Below, in pieces: positions 61,493-64,000 of a stretch of 64,000 bases of DNA. The position numbers and the translations under genes are program-made. Source of the stretch: an uncultured Anaerolineaceae bacterium. GTDB taxonomy: Bacteria > Chloroflexota > Anaerolineae > Anaerolineales > UBA4823. The stretch spans positions 13,512 through 77,511 of the forward strand of contig CAZWFQ010000004.1 of assembly GCA_964633225.1 (NCBI GenBank), read 5' to 3'. How positions within the stretch are numbered: the first letter of the stretch is position 1; every line of letters starts with the position of its first letter. The notes beneath the pieces are model-generated. The model saw only the letters and a program-made list of their open reading frames with translations. It was not told the DNA's origin and did not search any database.

Positions 61493-62915
61493 CCTGCGCC
61501 CTGTTTTCATCATCGCTTACCGCGAGGTACGCGACCAACTGCGCGATTGGCGCATCATCATACCAATTGCCCTCCTGACCCTCTTCTTCCCCTTCTTGAT
61601 GAACTTTACCGCCGGGCAGGTCGTGGGCTTTGTCCAACAATACGGCGCCAACTTGCTTGCCGATCGCTTCATCCCCTTCTTGCTCATGATCGTCGGCTTC
61701 TTCCCCATCACCATCTCATTAGCCATCGCCCTTGAAAGCTTTGCCGGCGAAACCGAGCGTCGCAGCATTGAACCTCTGCTGGGCAGCCCGCTGAGCGACT
61801 GGCAGCTTTACCTGGGCAAACTGTTGGCCTCTCTCATCCCGCCCCTGCTTGCCAGCTACCTGGGCGTCATCGTCTATCTCATCGGCATTCGCCGCACCGC
61901 CAACTGGGTGCCCAGCATTGATTTCTTGATCCTGGTGCTGCTCTTGACCACCGTGCAGGCCCTGGTGATGGTCAGTGGGGCTGTGGTCGTATCCACCCAA
62001 ACCACCTCAGTACGGGCGGCAAACCTGCTGGCATCTTTCATCGTGCTGCCCATGTCGCTGCTGATCCAAGGCGAAAGTGTTGTTATGCTGTGGGCCGATT
62101 ATAGTGTCTTGTGGTGGGCGGTTCTGGGCCAGGTGGTCTTGGCCGGGCTGTTGGTGCGCATGGGCCTGGCACACTTCAACCGCGAAGAACTGCTTGGCAA
62201 AGAGATCGATACCCTCAACATGCGTTGGGCCTGGAAGGTCTTCAGCCGCGCCTTTGTTGGGCAGGCCCGCACCCCCAGCGCTTGGTTGAGGCACGAGCTG
62301 CCCCCAGCACTGCGCCGCCTGGCAATCCCGGTCATTTTCATGACCATCACCCTGGTGGTGGTCACCTGGGTGGCAACCGCGCAAGCCGGCCTCAGCAGCC
62401 TGCCTGCCAGCGTCTTCAGCATGGACAAGCTCACCACGCTGGATGAAACCTTCTTAGATCAGTTCCGGGAGCTTGGCTTTTTCTCGGCCAACGGGGTCCT
62501 TTCGATCTGGCTGCACAATTTGCAGTCCATCTTGATCGCCACCTTATTAGGCGTGCTGACCTTCGCGGTGGGTGGGGTGCTGATCTTGCTCTTACCGATG
62601 GGCATCATTGGTTTCTTTGCCGGCGCAGCCAGCATGGCAGGTATCAGCCCGGCAACCTTCTTGTTGGCTTTCACCATGCCGCACGGCCTGTTTGAACTGC
62701 CCGCCATCATCCTGAGCGGGGCAGCCATCTTACAAATCGGCGCCGCTTTGCTCACCCCCGCACACAATATGACCATCGGCGAGGCTTGGCTGCGCGCCTT
62801 TGCCGACTGGGCCAAGGTGGCCCTGGCTGTGGTCATGCCGCTCTTCTTGATTGCCTCGGTGCTCGAAATGTTCGTCAGCCCGCACTTTATGCTCATGATC
62901 CTTAGTGGATCGTAG
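61482..62915 (+). CDS. fusion of ABC-2 type permease and SpoIIM/DUF95-like membrane domain
   Basis: The N-terminal half resembles ABC-2 permeases (6 TM). The C-terminal half carries 'MPHGLFELPAIILSGAA', typical of the SpoIIM family. 11-nt overlap with the ATPase gene. Confidence 0.7.
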   Translation: MRDNLRPVFIIAYREVRDQLRDWRIIIPIALLTLFFPFLMNFTAGQVVGFVQQYGANLLADRFIPFLLMIVGFFPITISLAIALESFAGETERRSIEPLLGSPLSDWQLYLGKLLASLIPPLLASYLGVIVYLIGIRRTANWVPSIDFLILVLLLTTVQALVMVSGAVVVSTQTTSVRAANLLASFIVLPMSLLIQGESVVMLWADYSVLWWAVLGQVVLAGLLVRMGLAHFNREELLGKEIDTLNMRWAWKVFSRAFVGQARTPSAWLRHELPPALRRLAIPVIFMTITLVVVTWVATAQAGLSSLPASVFSMDKLTTLDETFLDQFRELGFFSANGVLSIWLHNLQSILIATLLGVLTFAVGGVLILLLPMGIIGFFAGAASMAGISPATFLLAFTMPHGLFELPAIILSGAAILQIGAALLTPAHNMTIGEAWLRAFADWAKVALAVVMPLFLIASVLEMFVSPHFMLMILSGS

Positions 62916-62923
62916 AGGCTACA

Positions 62924-63679
62924 ATGCCAAAGTTGATCATCCTGGGTACATCATACGCCATTCCCGACGAGAAGCACGAAAACACGCACATGGCCTTGAA
63001 AGGCGATCATTCTACCATCGTCGTAGACTGCGCCGGCAACCCGGTCATCCACTTCAAAAAAGCCGGCATCGACATCAACACCATCACCGACCTGATATTG
63101 ACCCATTTTCATCCCGATCATGTTGGGGGTGTCCCGTTGCTGCTGATGAGCATGTGGCTCTTGGGTCACAAAAGCAAGTTGAACATCTACGGGCTGCACC
63201 ACACCATCGAGCGCATTGAAGACTTGATGTACTCGTATGATTGGTCGCATTGGCCAGGCTTCTTCCCGGTGGCCTTCCACCGCATGCCGCACCACGGCCC
63301 GGCTGTGATCCTCGAAAACCAAGACTTCCGCATCACGGCATCACCGGTGCGACACCTGATCCCGAATATTGGATTGCGCTTCGAATCAATGGAAAGCGGC
63401 CGCTCAATCGCTTACTCTTGCGATACCGAACCCTGCCCGGCTGTGGTTGAGCTGGCCAGCGGCGCCGACATCCTGCTCCACGAAGCCGCCGGCCCTTACC
63501 CGGGCCATTCTTCAGCCGAGCAGGCCGCGGGCATCGCCCACCAGGCCGGCGTTAATTCACTCTACCTGATCCATTACCCCACCGGAGATACAGATCTTGC
63601 ACCGCTCTTGGCGCAGGCGCGGGCCAACTTCTCTGGCCAGGTGCTGCTAGCCCAAGACTTCATGGAGCTGGATTTTTAG
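62924..63679 (+). CDS. MBL-fold metallo-hydrolase (RNase Z/BN-like)
   Basis: 'LTHFHPDHVGG' HxHxDH motif and a later 'LLHEA' / 'LIHY' pattern. Confidence 0.85.
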   Translation: MPKLIILGTSYAIPDEKHENTHMALKGDHSTIVVDCAGNPVIHFKKAGIDINTITDLILTHFHPDHVGGVPLLLMSMWLLGHKSKLNIYGLHHTIERIEDLMYSYDWSHWPGFFPVAFHRMPHHGPAVILENQDFRITASPVRHLIPNIGLRFESMESGRSIAYSCDTEPCPAVVELASGADILLHEAAGPYPGHSSAEQAAGIAHQAGVNSLYLIHYPTGDTDLAPLLAQARANFSGQVLLAQDFMELDF

Positions 63680-63682
63680 AGC

Positions 63683-64000
63683 TCACCAGCCGCTCACGTA
63701 TGGCCGCCAGTCATCGTTATCGTTAAGGTGCCGGCCAAATAGATATTCAGCAGAAGATGGGGGCTCGCCAGGGCTGCGCAGCAAGCGCATTTGTGCTTGC
63801 TCAAGGGTTCGGCCGCCTTTGCGGTGGTTGCAAGCCGGGCAAGCTGCCACCAGGTTCTCCCAGGTAGGCTGGCCGCCCAGGTGACGCGGCCTGACATGAT
63901 CGACCGTCAAGGCAAGGCTATGCTGGCCGCAGTACTGGCAGGTATAGGCGTCGCGCCGCAGCACTTCGCGCTTGGTCAGCTTGACACGCGGGCGCGGCCT
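63683..64000 (-). CDS. HNH endonuclease (5' partial, continues past window edge)
   Basis: 'CQYCG...LTVDHVRPRHLGG...WENLVAACPACNHRKG' HNH/zinc motif. The frame is open to position 64000. Confidence 0.85.
   Translation of the reverse strand, partial: RPRPRVKLTKREVLRRDAYTCQYCGQHSLALTVDHVRPRHLGGQPTWENLVAACPACNHRKGGRTLEQAQMRLLRSPGEPPSSAEYLFGRHLNDNDDWRPYVSGW

Noticed and set aside
1-64000. CRISPR arrays, tRNA/rRNA genes, IS elements and integrases
   Set aside because: I noticed no regularly spaced repeats, cloverleaf-compatible segments in the few intergenic gaps, transposase- or integrase-like ORFs, or terminal inverted repeats while reading the window and ORF track. This was not an exhaustive scan, so small elements could have been missed. 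The only repeats seen are the short ones listed as features.

Overview
This is a high-GC (about 60%), gene-dense bacterial chromosomal window. Its gene content looks Chloroflexota-like, but I cannot verify taxonomy without a search. I support about 50 protein-coding genes and found no rRNA, tRNA, CRISPR array or obvious mobile element. Housekeeping content includes a replication module (DUF151 nuclease, DnaB, DnaD-like, tandem DnaC-like), trpS-nudix-dtd, MTAP, FtsK, Lgt, PlsC, RsgA and NiSOD with its SodX protease. There are also several two-component proteins, ABC/MFS/APC/P-type transporters, and a 2015-aa Ser/Thr-kinase/STAND/TPR/GAF/histidine-kinase fusion. Main leads: (1) The best candidate for an undescribed system is a translationally coupled operon at 46800-51643. 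It encodes an orphan NrdG/PflA-like radical-SAM activase, a 469-aa coiled-coil protein of unknown family, and a 923-aa protein with two CbbX/SpoVK-type AAA+ modules. Two near-identical promoter-operator modules drive it; each places a GAAC-N4-GTGC palindrome exactly between -35 and -10. (2) A SelW/Rdx-like gene upstream of trpS reads through an in-frame TGA (CxxU motif) and has a bSECIS-like hairpin. (3) A T-box-like leader with a UGG specifier and an intrinsic terminator precedes that operon. (4) A SEDS (RodA/FtsW) domain is fused to a PBP transpeptidase-like domain whose SxxK motif is degenerate. (5) An intact DEDDh exonuclease sits beside a catalytically degenerate paralog. (6) A tandem-duplicated DnaC-like loader overlaps the DnaD-like gene by 95 nt. 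Every functional call rests on motifs read by eye from the supplied translations; no database search was run.
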